49,070 nucleotides of DNA from a virus. Lineage: Duplodnaviria; Caudoviricetes. The stretch spans positions 1 to 49,070 of the IMG/VR virus record IMGVR_UViG_3300011335_000405, one strand, 5' to 3'. The notes below the pieces were generated by a model. That model saw only the letters and a program-made list of their open reading frames with translations. It had not been told where the DNA came from and searched no databases. Of the stretch, positions 1 to 8,386 are shown piece by piece; within the stretch, counting starts at the first letter, position 1, and each line of letters opens with the position of its first letter. The position numbers were made by a program, and so were the translations under genes.

Positions 1-72
1 GAACTTATGAACGATAAAATGTATGCTTGGTCGCAGGGTGAAATTGAATCTGTAGATGTAGAATTGTAGAAA

Positions 73-88
73 TTATCGTTAACGATAA
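73..88. repeat. Dispersed 16-bp palindrome copy (TTATCGTTAACGATAA)
   Basis: Perfect match to TTATCG-N4-CGATAA, 9 bp upstream of TTGACA at 98. Confidence 0.95.
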
Positions 89-97
89 AAAAGATGC

Positions 98-126
98 TTG
101 ACATCGAATACAACCTGTAGTAGTTT
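98..126 (+). promoter_or_regulatory. Sigma70-type promoter for replication operon
   Basis: TTGACA (98-103), 17-bp spacer, TAGTTT (121-126). Confidence 0.65.
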
Positions 127-132
127 TCAGTT

Positions 133-268
133 GTGCGAGAAATTGCACCTCGGCGTGGAAACCGAGTAATAGAAGATTAAATCGAAATATAAATATCACC
201 TACCTGCCATAGAGCTTTCCACCCGACATTCAATCGGTCTTCTTTCTATGGCCGGGGGTGGCCTTTTT
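133..268 (+). promoter_or_regulatory. Structured 5' leader / possible attenuator
   Basis: Hairpin CTCGG/CCGAG with loop CGTGGAAA; stem GCCATAGAG(206-214)/TTCTATGGC(244-252) enclosing TTTCCAC; followed by T-run. Confidence 0.45.
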
Positions 269-271
269 AAA

Positions 272-1114
272 ATGAAATTTAGAGTCGAACAATACGAGAG
301 ATGCGAGACAATGAACGCAGGCTCAATTGAAGATCACCTGATTGGAATAACTAAACCGTCAATAGACAGAATGCTCAAGATGGAAAACCCTGCTGATTGC
401 ATAGCCCTATACACTTTTTATTGTTATACCAAAAAGTGGCAGAAGAACAACGCTGTTTTTGCAACATCTGAATTCGCAATGAAAGCCCTCTCTTGGGGTA
501 GAGATAAGTTCTCAAAAGCTAAAACTCAACTTAAAGAAGCAGGATTTATTGAGGATATTCAACGCAAAGATTCCACTGGAAAAATTATCGGCTGGTTTGT
601 TGGAGTTCGATTTGCGCAGTCAGCCACCCTCGGGAATTTCCACACTACGGAAATCCCAGACTGTGGTAAATCAGGAGACAAATACCTTAAACTAATAAAT
701 GAAATACCTAATACTAATAAACAAATACAAGAGGAAAGTTCGGCAATGGCCTCACATTCCTCAGTTAAATCTACTCAACCAAATCTTTTCCCGACTAACC
801 CAAGTGAAGCTAACGCTTCGGGTTCGGCTGCCGCCAAACTGAACTCTGCCGATGGCAAAGAAACGTCCCCCCATTGCGCGGCCCCCCCGCGAACCAGAAA
901 ATCGCGGGAACCCAAACCCGTTGACGAAAAATTCATCGCTGAACTCCAGCGTCTCAACCCGGATAAGGACGTGGAGCGTGAAGCGAAAGATGCACAGACT
1001 TGGTTACTATCACATCCAGACAGAAAATATACGAGGGGCTTTCTCGTTAATTGGGTCATCCGCTCAAAAAATATAATCAACCCAGAAAAATTCCATAACA
1101 ACAATAAATTCTAA
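272..1114 (+). CDS. Phage replication initiator (lambda O-like, HTH)
   Basis: N-terminal winged-HTH-like segment (ALSWGRDKFSKAKTQLKEAGFI), internal iterons plus AT-rich tract, C-terminal FLVNW motif, directly upstream of DnaB; start could be 248, 272 or 311. Confidence 0.7.
   Translation: MKFRVEQYERCETMNAGSIEDHLIGITKPSIDRMLKMENPADCIALYTFYCYTKKWQKNNAVFATSEFAMKALSWGRDKFSKAKTQLKEAGFIEDIQRKDSTGKIIGWFVGVRFAQSATLGNFHTTEIPDCGKSGDKYLKLINEIPNTNKQIQEESSAMASHSSVKSTQPNLFPTNPSEANASGSAAAKLNSADGKETSPHCAAPPRTRKSREPKPVDEKFIAELQRLNPDKDVEREAKDAQTWLLSHPDRKYTRGFLVNWVIRSKNIINPEKFHNNNKF
624..730. other. Putative replication origin (iterons + AT-rich unwinding element) inside initiator gene
   Basis: Three 16-bp-period repeats CCACCCTCGGGAATTT / CCACACTACGGAAATC / CCAGACTGTGGTAAAT (624-671), then two 20-bp AT-rich repeats (680-699, 702-721; 18/20 identical). 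Confidence 0.6.
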
Positions 1115-2346
1115 TGAAAAAAGTCCCAATAGCACAAAAGAGTGAAGCGGCAGTATTGTCGCTCATTGCAATCGACAGAAACATCCTTTCCCAACAAACA
1201 TGGGATAGCGATTACTTCGCCATACCAGCCCACAGGATCGTTTTTAATGCGCTCCAAGGGGTTCACCAGCGAACAGGGGTTTGCTGCCCGTTTTCGGCCA
1301 TTGCAGAGCTTGAAGCAACTGGACAACTCGAAGCAGCGGGTGGTGAAGAATCTGTCCATGACACATTATGCACGATGAAAGTAGCTTCGGGGAAGGTTTG
1401 CCAAGACATGGCAGATGATTACCGCAAACATCTTCACCGCACGAAGGGTTATCGTGATGTTTTAAGCCTGATTGAGAAGGAAGAACCTAATTTAAGGACA
1501 GGTAAGGCAGATTTACGCGAATTATCGGAAACGATAATGAAGTGCGCCGAGGATCGGACAACAAAAGTAAAACCAGTCAAAGATTTGATTATCGAAATCA
1601 TTGATGAGATGGAAGGAAAGGTAAAAGAAGAAGTTTTTCCCACTGGATTGCTCAAAGTAGATCGTGCGCTCAAGGGTGGAATGCACAAAGGAGAGATGAT
1701 GACAGTAGCTTCAGAGACTGGTGGAGGTAAATCTATCTATCTCGTTCAAGCGGCACTCGCAAATCTCATGGAAAACAAGTCAGTTTTGTTTTTCAGCCTC
1801 GAAATGAAGGCAAAAGACATCCTAACTCGTATGGCTTGCAACATCGCAGGGTATGCAGTGCGTGAACCAGAGGATTACAAGAACGCTAACCAACAGGAAC
1901 TCGCTAAAATCAGTGCCGCATTGTTGAAATTACACCAGTTACCTATCGAAATCGTGGATGGAGTGTCAGAAATTGACGAGATTGAGGCCAATATCAACCG
2001 ATACGTCGGTGAAAAACGGGCAGATGTAATTGTTGTAGATTATCTACAGATTATAGCCTGCGATGGATCAGATAGCAGGGAAGGACAGATTAGTGAGATA
2101 GCAAGAAGGTTAAAAGTGACAGCACTAAAGAACAATTCTATCATGCTCACAGCTTCTCAATTGAATGATGATGGAAGATTGCGCGAATCACGGGCAATTG
2201 GAATGCACTCTGACCAAGTAGTGTATATCGAACACATCAAAGAGAAAAGCAGACTCACAATCAAGAAGAATCGCCGAGGCGCAAGGAACTACATGACTGA
2301 AATTAAGATGCGTGGAGATATTTCAAGACTTGAGGAAGTTTACTAA
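1114..2346 (+). CDS. dnaB: DnaB-like replicative helicase
   Basis: Walker A SETGGGKS, FFSLEM, VVDYLQ, SQLN and LRES motifs; DnaB N-terminal SEAAVLS...HRIVF. Confidence 0.95.
   Translation: MKKVPIAQKSEAAVLSLIAIDRNILSQQTWDSDYFAIPAHRIVFNALQGVHQRTGVCCPFSAIAELEATGQLEAAGGEESVHDTLCTMKVASGKVCQDMADDYRKHLHRTKGYRDVLSLIEKEEPNLRTGKADLRELSETIMKCAEDRTTKVKPVKDLIIEIIDEMEGKVKEEVFPTGLLKVDRALKGGMHKGEMMTVASETGGGKSIYLVQAALANLMENKSVLFFSLEMKAKDILTRMACNIAGYAVREPEDYKNANQQELAKISAALLKLHQLPIEIVDGVSEIDEIEANINRYVGEKRADVIVVDYLQIIACDGSDSREGQISEIARRLKVTALKNNSIMLTASQLNDDGRLRESRAIGMHSDQVVYIEHIKEKSRLTIKKNRRGARNYMTEIKMRGDISRLEEVY
1522..1537. repeat. Dispersed palindrome copy (TTATCGGAAACGATAA), inside dnaB
   Basis: Perfect arms. 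Confidence 0.95.
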
Positions 2347-2540
2347 TGACAACTGACCAAGCATACGGAAAAGCTTTGAAATATTTGGAGGCGGCTAACA
2401 CAATTTGGGAGTCTGAAGACAAAGAAAGATATTGTATTGCAGAAAATTACCACAATGAAGGGGTAAAAATCATGAACCAGTATTTTTCTGAAACAAAAGT
2501 ATTGACACAGATACAAGATGTAGATAGTATGCTCCCATGA
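2346..2540 (+). CDS. Hypothetical protein
   Basis: ORF translationally coupled to dnaB. Confidence 0.7.
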   Translation: MTTDQAYGKALKYLEAANTIWESEDKERYCIAENYHNEGVKIMNQYFSETKVLTQIQDVDSMLP

Positions 2541-2752
2541 GTGATACACCAGAGACTGATCTTGCCATTAAAGCGAGTGGTGGCGATTGGTCGCCAGTGC
2601 TGCGTGTTACTTCTCAGCGGTTAGAACGTCAACGAAACGAGGCGAGAGAGAAACTTGAAAGCGAAATGAAATGGCATCATCAAACCCATCAGGAGTTAGT
2701 TCAGACTCAATGCAAATTGTTAGATATGGAATATGATAAACTCAAGAGCTAA
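2537..2752 (+). CDS. Hypothetical phage protein (MSDTPETD type, coiled coil)
   Basis: ATGA overlap with previous gene. Confidence 0.7.
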   Translation: MSDTPETDLAIKASGGDWSPVLRVTSQRLERQRNEAREKLESEMKWHHQTHQELVQTQCKLLDMEYDKLKS

Positions 2753-3062
2753 AGGCGCACGCGCTGAAAGGCAATGGCGGGATCAACTTCGCGCCGAAGG
2801 TTACACCGCTAAACGAGGCCAGCAATTTGCAGGAGGACAAGACTCGCCAGATGTAGTTTGTGAAGAACTGAAGGGTAAGCTCCACTTTGAAGTAAAGTGC
2901 GTTCAGAACTTAAATTTAGATAAGGCTTGCGAACAGGCCGAGCGGGATGCTAATGGCATTGCTTGGGCGGTGGCTTCTAAAAAAAATAATAAACCTTGGA
3001 AAGTTACGATGTCATCAGATACATTTTTTAAACTTCTCAGAGATGGGATGGAATCATTATGA
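2733..3062 (+). CDS. Holliday junction resolvase (Hjc-like PD-(D/E)XK)
   Basis: NSRAKGARAER...SPDVV...HFEVK motif pattern. Confidence 0.85.
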   Translation: MINSRAKGARAERQWRDQLRAEGYTAKRGQQFAGGQDSPDVVCEELKGKLHFEVKCVQNLNLDKACEQAERDANGIAWAVASKKNNKPWKVTMSSDTFFKLLRDGMESL

Positions 3063-3247
3063 AAAAACCAACAACTAAAGCAGGTAAGGCCGCGAAGGTG
3101 TCAAAAACAATGCGTGAATACAAAGCTGGCAAACTGAAGGCTGGCATCAACCCTAAAGGCCCGAAGAAAGCACCAATGGCTAAGAGCCGTTCCCAAGCAT
3201 TGGCAATTGCACTAAACCAAGCAGGAATGAAAAAGAAAAATAAGTAA
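3059..3247 (+). CDS. Small Lys-rich basic protein (DUF6496-like)
   Basis: KVSKTMREYKAGKLK...SRSQALAIAL. Confidence 0.75.
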   Translation: MKKPTTKAGKAAKVSKTMREYKAGKLKAGINPKGPKKAPMAKSRSQALAIALNQAGMKKKNK

Positions 3248-3248
3248 T

Positions 3249-3395
3249 ATGAAAACAGGACTTTACAAAAATATTAACGAAAAACGCAAACGCATCGCCG
3301 CGGGTAGTGGTGAGAAGATGAGGAAGGTTGGAAGCAAAGGCGCACCAACTGCAAGAGCGTTTAAACAATCAGCTAAAACTGCAAAGAAGAAATGA
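3249..3395 (+). CDS. Small basic protein, 48 aa (not in ORF track)
   Basis: MKTGLYKNINEKRKRIAAGSGEKMRKVGSKGAPTARAFKQSAKTAKKK; in tandem with neighbours. Confidence 0.75.
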   Translation: MKTGLYKNINEKRKRIAAGSGEKMRKVGSKGAPTARAFKQSAKTAKKK

Positions 3396-3514
3396 AAAAA
3401 GAAACTGGTAAAAAATGTTGTGGCATGAAAAAGGGTTGCAACAAGAAGATGCACGAAAAGATGGAATCAAAAGCCATGAAGAAAATGGAACGTAAGCGTG
3501 GTGGCAAATCCTAA
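3392..3514 (+). CDS. Small basic Lys/Met-rich protein, 40 aa (not in ORF track)
   Basis: MKKETGKKCCGMKKGCNKKMHEKMESKAMKKMERKRGGKS; ATGA overlap. Confidence 0.65.
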   Translation: MKKETGKKCCGMKKGCNKKMHEKMESKAMKKMERKRGGKS

Positions 3515-3588
3515 TATATGACACCTAAAAGATGGTATTGGGATGAATGGCCCTACGGAAGATAATTATAACAAAGTTAGTATAGTTT

Positions 3589-3813
3589 ATGGAAAAACGA
3601 TTCACAAAGGTAATCAAGAACGCCAAGACTGGAAGGAGTAAGACTGTGAAGTATGGTCAGAAAGGCGCGACAATCTCTCCGGGATCAAAGCGTGGTGATG
3701 CGTATTGCGCCCGTTCAGCTAAGATCAAAGGTGACTGGAAGAGTGATGAGAATAGTCCAAATAATTTAAGTCGCCGCAAATGGAAGTGCAAGGGTAGCAA
3801 GTCGATGAAATGA
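3589..3813 (+). CDS. Small basic protein
   Basis: KYGQKG...YCARS...SRRKWKC pattern recurrent in aquatic phages. Confidence 0.75.
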   Translation: MEKRFTKVIKNAKTGRSKTVKYGQKGATISPGSKRGDAYCARSAKIKGDWKSDENSPNNLSRRKWKCKGSKSMK

Positions 3814-3980
3814 AAACCAACGGAAAAGACATGGAAGGTAATGTTGATCAAGATGATGCCAGAGTAGGCTGGAAGTATCCACTTAACTCAAAGCAAATTA
3901 CTAAGGCTTGTGAAGACTTCTTCAAGAAGCGTGGAATGGCACAATACAATCTTTGCGGAAGACCTAAAAAAACTAAATGA
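3810..3980 (+). CDS. Hypothetical protein, 56 aa (not in ORF track)
   Basis: ATGA overlaps at both ends. Confidence 0.6.
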   Translation: MKTNGKDMEGNVDQDDARVGWKYPLNSKQITKACEDFFKKRGMAQYNLCGRPKKTK

Positions 3981-4231
3981 TCTGTCCAAAATGTGAGTCA
4001 CCCACTGAAGTCATCAATAGCAGAAAAAAAGATGGCAATGTGGTAAGGAGGAGGCTTTGTGCCTGCGGGGAAAGGTTCTCAACCAAAGAAGTAATTACTG
4101 ATTCTAAGCAAGTTAATTTCAAGAAGGTAATTAAAGCACTATCCATGACTAAAGCGGTTACTGGAGAATGGACAATTAAAGTAAATAAAGACACGCCCAC
4201 ATGGGCAAAAAAAATGTTACTAAACCTATGA
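3977..4231 (+). CDS. NrdR-like N-terminal zinc-ribbon protein
   Basis: MICPKC...TEVINSR...RRRLCACGERFST; no ATP-cone. Confidence 0.75.
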   Translation: MICPKCESPTEVINSRKKDGNVVRRRLCACGERFSTKEVITDSKQVNFKKVIKALSMTKAVTGEWTIKVNKDTPTWAKKMLLNL

Positions 4232-4431
4232 TTCCACAATTCCTTTTTATCTACGCCAAAGAAGGTAAGATAAAATGTTTAGTAATAGATGAAGCGCATG
4301 AAGAAAAATTGACAAGTGATGGATGGACGCATACCGCTACTATTAACCCTGCAAGATGGATTGAGGTTATGGCAAATGGAGAGTATAAACTTCCATCTGA
4401 TATGTTAGATGAAATCTCCAAATTATCGTAA
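4228..4431 (+). CDS. Hypothetical protein
   Basis: ATGA-coupled ORF; stop lies in palindrome at 4423. Confidence 0.65.
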   Translation: MIPQFLFIYAKEGKIKCLVIDEAHEEKLTSDGWTHTATINPARWIEVMANGEYKLPSDMLDEISKLS

Positions 4432-4438
4432 CCGATAA
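4423..4438. repeat. Dispersed palindrome copy (TTATCGTAACCGATAA)
   Basis: Perfect arms; supplies stop codon of upstream ORF. Confidence 0.95.
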
Positions 4439-4568
4439 TGAACTCATATTGTAAGTTGTTGAAAAGACCTCAAAAAATGTCGCACACATACGTAGGGATT
4501 TTAAAAATGCTCAGTAGGGAGAACCCAGAAAAAAAGCAATTTGTCGCACACATAAAGGAGGGGAATGT

Positions 4569-5081
4569 ATGAAGTGGGATGAGTATGGAATGAGTATAGC
4601 TGAGGTTGTAGCTAAGAAGAGTAAAGACCCTTGGAGAAAGGTGGGAGCGGTAATCCTCAGAGAAGACAATTCTATAGCCTCAGTAGGGTATAATGGATTC
4701 CCTCAAGGTATAGAAGAGGATTGGTCATCCAGAGAAGAGAGATCAAAGTATGTAGTCCATGCAGAACAGAACGCACTCAGATATACAAATCCGGGTGAAG
4801 GAAAGACACTGGTATGCACCACCCTACCATGTAGGGATTGTTTAAAGGCCATAGCCACCTATAAGATAAAAAGAGTCCTCTATAAAGATATCTACCAAAC
4901 CGACCCAATAGCGTTGGAGATAGCAGAAAAAATGGGAGTAACTTTAATCCAATTCGTAAAAGAAAAACTATCCTCGCACTGGGATCATTCAACTAAACCA
5001 TCCTTATTTGTAGTAAGAAAAGCACAAACAGAAATCTACAGAGGAACCTACCCAAACGGAGCAAAGATACTTGGAATATGA
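4569..5081 (+). CDS. dCMP deaminase
   Basis: SKDP...KVGAVI, GYNGFP, HAEQNAL, PCRDC zinc motifs. Confidence 0.92.
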   Translation: MKWDEYGMSIAEVVAKKSKDPWRKVGAVILREDNSIASVGYNGFPQGIEEDWSSREERSKYVVHAEQNALRYTNPGEGKTLVCTTLPCRDCLKAIATYKIKRVLYKDIYQTDPIALEIAEKMGVTLIQFVKEKLSSHWDHSTKPSLFVVRKAQTEIYRGTYPNGAKILGI

Positions 5082-5161
5082 GCGACGAAATCATGGCAAT
5101 GATCTTAGCATGGACTATAATAGTAGCCTGCTTAGTATTAGAGACAATAACCAGAAAGTAA

Positions 5162-5177
5162 TTATCGGAAACGATAA
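5162..5177. repeat. Dispersed palindrome copy (TTATCGGAAACGATAA)
   Basis: Perfect arms; 10 nt before ATG at 5188. Confidence 0.95.
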
Positions 5178-5187
5178 TGAATACAAA

Positions 5188-5433
5188 ATGAACTTATATT
5201 TAATATCTCACTCAGATGATAAGGTAGAATGGGATACCTACGATTCAGCCGTTGTATGCGCTCCAGACGAAGATACAGCAAGAAGAATAAACCCACTTGG
5301 CAAAAGCGAACTAATTGAATGGTGGGAAGAAAATTCATACTGGTGCGCTCCTGCAAATGTGAAATGCAAACTAATTGGACAATCAGACCCTTCAATGCAG
5401 CAAGGTGTAGTATGCGCTTCTTACAATAGCTAA
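5188..5433 (+). CDS. Hypothetical phage protein
   Basis: MNLYLI...WDTYDSAVVCAPDE...; start at 5188 preferred over 5071. Confidence 0.7.
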   Translation: MNLYLISHSDDKVEWDTYDSAVVCAPDEDTARRINPLGKSELIEWWEENSYWCAPANVKCKLIGQSDPSMQQGVVCASYNS

Positions 5434-5978
5434 TGAATACAAAAATCGGCGCAATGCCAACTCACCGCTACATCTGGGTAGATAGCGAATACACACACGA
5501 AAAACCCGTAGGGCCAGTAGAAGCTATGTGGGTAGGGCTAACCAGCATCCCAAGCAGAGCGTGGGGAATAAACGTCATCCTACGCGAAGGCGGCGCACTC
5601 TACAGAAACATCCCACCAAACGCAGTAAGATTCAAAGAGAAGGCAACCAAAAACTGGCAGATAGGAGAAAGCCAACTATGGGACTGCTACTCATACAACT
5701 TTACCATACTACAGAACCCAATCCTAAGAGGAATGCCAGTATCAGTAAAGATAAAGCAAAACATCTACACGGGAACCTACCTATTCTCCACTGCCCACCT
5801 AAACGATGGCTGGTCAGATAGCCCAGACCAAGATAAAGAATTCATATTCGTAGAATTGGATAACGGAAGACTAACCATCCAACCAACAAACAGAGTAGCA
5901 TTCATAGACAAATCATACACCCTTCCAACCTGTATGCCAAAACTCAAACTCCAAGAGACTATCTACTCATGTGAGTAA
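5433..5978 (+). CDS. Hypothetical protein
   Basis: 181-aa ORF coupled to previous gene. Confidence 0.75.
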   Translation: MNTKIGAMPTHRYIWVDSEYTHEKPVGPVEAMWVGLTSIPSRAWGINVILREGGALYRNIPPNAVRFKEKATKNWQIGESQLWDCYSYNFTILQNPILRGMPVSVKIKQNIYTGTYLFSTAHLNDGWSDSPDQDKEFIFVELDNGRLTIQPTNRVAFIDKSYTLPTCMPKLKLQETIYSCE

Positions 5979-6007
5979 GTTGAAAGAATGATACACAATT
6001 TTCAACA

Positions 6008-6023
6008 TTATCGGTAACGATAA
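6008..6023. repeat. Dispersed palindrome copy (TTATCGGTAACGATAA)
   Basis: Perfect arms; start of long non-coding region. Confidence 0.95.
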
Positions 6024-6805
6024 CCATAAGACTTTAGGCATAGCATAAGACATTAGCATAAGACTTATCATCTGTTAATAGATTTATATTGACATACAAA
6101 AAGGCAGTTTTTCTGTGGAGAGGGGTTTTCCGTATTGGAAGCAGCCGCGCATGGGTGCATGGGGGAGAGGGGGAGGGGGGGTCAGTCCTCACAGAGAAAA
6201 GAGATTCCTTGGAGTCACAGCTTGCCAGTGTCACAGCTTATGCCATACTATATAGTATAGTCCTTGCCGATGATGACAGCCTTATTGAGACGGGCATTGC
6301 ATCCATTATCGACGCTATGTGATTAGATGAAGTTATCAATCTCAAGAAGGATCATGGTATAATGCAAATGAGTTGCATTTACCTTTGCGCTACGTTGGCG
6401 TAGGATCGCTTTTGATTGATCGAGTGCTATGATGACATTGGCGTATTTTGGGAGCAATCGCTATTCTCGAATGACGAATGAAAAGGGCAATCGTGATTTG
6501 ATTGATCGCTGCGAATATCGTTTTTCACTCTCGATATTTTCTCTCCCGATATTTCCATGCTCTGGATACATGGAAGAATCGTTATATCGTTATATAGCGA
6601 TATAGTGATATTGTCTCTCGCATCTTCATATCTTGATATGTTGATGTGTTGCTTCATTTGTCTCTCATATCATCGCATCATGATTCGTGAATATGTCATG
6701 TTTGATTTATCGCTATGTAGCGATAGAGCGATGGAATGAATCTTGCTAATAAAAATATGTAACAATGCTGGCATAGTTTATGCTTTGCCTTATCTTGTCA
6801 TCCCT

Positions 6806-6855
6806 AAAAAAAATAAATAAAAAGGTATTGACATATTGCAAACTTAGTGTATTCT
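6806..6855 (+). promoter_or_regulatory. Strong sigma70-type early promoter with UP element
   Basis: A-tract UP element, TTGACA (6828-6833), 16 bp, TATTCT (6850-6855). Confidence 0.65.
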
Positions 6856-6913
6856 CTCCTTCGTGATGTTCGCAGATGCTGATCAATTCAAGGTCTGAGG
6901 ATAATTTCACAAG

Positions 6914-6924
6914 TGCTCTTTGAC
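6914..6924 (+). promoter_or_regulatory. boxA-like antitermination element
   Basis: TGCTCTTTGAC vs rrn boxA TGCTCTTTAACA, in leader downstream of early promoter. Confidence 0.45.
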
Positions 6925-6972
6925 TAAAAAAACTTTTCGCTCCTGTCTTTTGATAGGTGTGAATCTTGAAAC

Positions 6973-7083
6973 ATGAATAAACAAACTCATGCGTTGAGAA
7001 TTAAACTTGCATCCCTTACCGATGCAAAAAAGATCAACGCGCTAAAGCTAAAAATCCAACAATTAGAACAAGCCAAAAAATGA
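6973..7083 (+). CDS. Small early protein, 36 aa (not in ORF track)
   Basis: MNKQTHALRIKLASLTDAKKINALKLKIQQLEQAKK; ATGA overlap with 7080. Confidence 0.5.
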   Translation: MNKQTHALRIKLASLTDAKKINALKLKIQQLEQAKK

Positions 7084-7349
7084 ATATCTCAAATACAACT
7101 GAATTGAAAACTGCGATTCGCTCGGGAGCTTATACTTTCCCGGGCTGTTATCCTCTCTTCTTTATCACTTCGGATGGGGCCGCACTTTCATTTGAGAGTG
7201 TGAAGGCTAATTTTCGCTCTGTTCTTTGGTCTGTTAAAAACAAGGTGAGCGATGGCTGGCGGGTTGTCGCCTGTGATGCGAACTGGGAAGACGGCGAACT
7301 AACCTGCGAGTATTCCGGCGAACGTATCGAATCGGCCTATTGTGGTTAA
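7080..7349 (+). CDS. Hypothetical early protein
   Basis: 89-aa ORF in early cluster. Confidence 0.75.
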   Translation: MNISNTTELKTAIRSGAYTFPGCYPLFFITSDGAALSFESVKANFRSVLWSVKNKVSDGWRVVACDANWEDGELTCEYSGERIESAYCG

Positions 7350-7433
7350 AATTGAAACGGGAGTTTTCCCGTCTTTGCACTGTGGCAGGTGTAAACTGAA
7401 GAGATAGCCAAACCTAAAACCTAAAATTATAAC

Positions 7434-7709
7434 ATGAACCGTATCACAAAAAAACAACTCGTTGCACGCATTGAAACAATCAATTCAATACTTAACCGTC
7501 CTTTGACTCCTTATACTCGTAAAGATGACAAACTTGTGGCTAATATTGGCAACTTTAGCTTGTCACAAGCTTATGGAGGTTATGGAGTGCATTTGATGGT
7601 AAATGATGGCGGCGGGGTCTCTTGTCCTATTTGGGACGGGCACGTATCCGCTCGCGAAGCTTATGAACGCCTCTCTGATTTCATTCGCGGCCTTACATTC
7701 ACTAAATAA
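7434..7709 (+). CDS. Hypothetical early protein
   Basis: 91-aa ORF with A/C-rich leader. Confidence 0.75.
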   Translation: MNRITKKQLVARIETINSILNRPLTPYTRKDDKLVANIGNFSLSQAYGGYGVHLMVNDGGGVSCPIWDGHVSAREAYERLSDFIRGLTFTK

Positions 7710-7718
7710 TCCAATAAT

Positions 7719-7746
7719 GCGGGGAGGCGACAATCTCCCCGCTTTT
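7719..7746 (+). terminator. Rho-independent terminator
   Basis: GCGGGGAG-8nt-CTCCCCGC followed by TTTT. Confidence 0.7.
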
Positions 7747-7992
7747 CTCTTCTTAATATGTCTAAATTATCCTCTTCTTATCAATACAATCGCGCAAAGT
7801 CCCGCTTCTTCGGTCTTTTGCTTGCCCTTTCCACTCTTGGCGCAATCCTGATATTTACCCTATTGTAGCCTGTTACGCATTGCGGGCGATGTTCAATTCA
7901 TTCCCGCTTTGCTCTAAAAAGCCTTCTGCCGCATTTTTATTCTACGCCTGCTATGTTACCTTCCTCTTTTCTGTCGCGCTCTCCTGCGGGCA

Positions 7993-8008
7993 TGATCGTT
8001 TACGATAA
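7993..8008. repeat. Dispersed palindrome copy, 1 mismatch (TGATCGTTTACGATAA)
   Basis: Intergenic, upstream of 8057 ORF. Confidence 0.85.
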
Positions 8009-8056
8009 TTCACTTTCCACGCTTTCCCCAGAGCATAAACCTAAAAAAATTAAATA

Positions 8057-8386
8057 ATGAATAATACACTCCACACGCCCGCACCTTGGGCAATCCACAC
8101 CTGCAACGAAAACGGCCCTTCTCTGGACTCGTTTTTCCTCTCCACAACGTCAAAAACTTGGGATGGAAACGAGGAAGAGCGAATCATTTGCCGCTTCCCA
8201 ACCGGAACAGGTCAGTTTTCCGATATGGGACGTGAAAACCTTGCCAACGCTCGCCTAATATCCGCCGCACCCGATTTGCTCCAAGTTGTGGAGGATTACG
8301 TTCTGCTTTGCCAGCTTCATGGATTAGAAGGGGCTGTTTTAGATTCCGCACTCTCCGCAATAGCTAAAGCAAAGGGGGAAGCATGA
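8057..8386 (+). CDS. Conserved hypothetical phage protein (HTPxPW...ANARLIxAAPDLL family)
   Basis: HTPAPW and ANARLISAAPDLL motifs. Confidence 0.8.
   Translation: MNNTLHTPAPWAIHTCNENGPSLDSFFLSTTSKTWDGNEEERIICRFPTGTGQFSDMGRENLANARLISAAPDLLQVVEDYVLLCQLHGLEGAVLDSALSAIAKAKGEA

Noticed and set aside
6034-6739. ORFs 6034-6234, 6089-6322, 6427-6657 and 6557-6739
   Set aside because: Low-complexity, atypical composition, overlapping on both strands; region more consistent with non-coding terminus DNA
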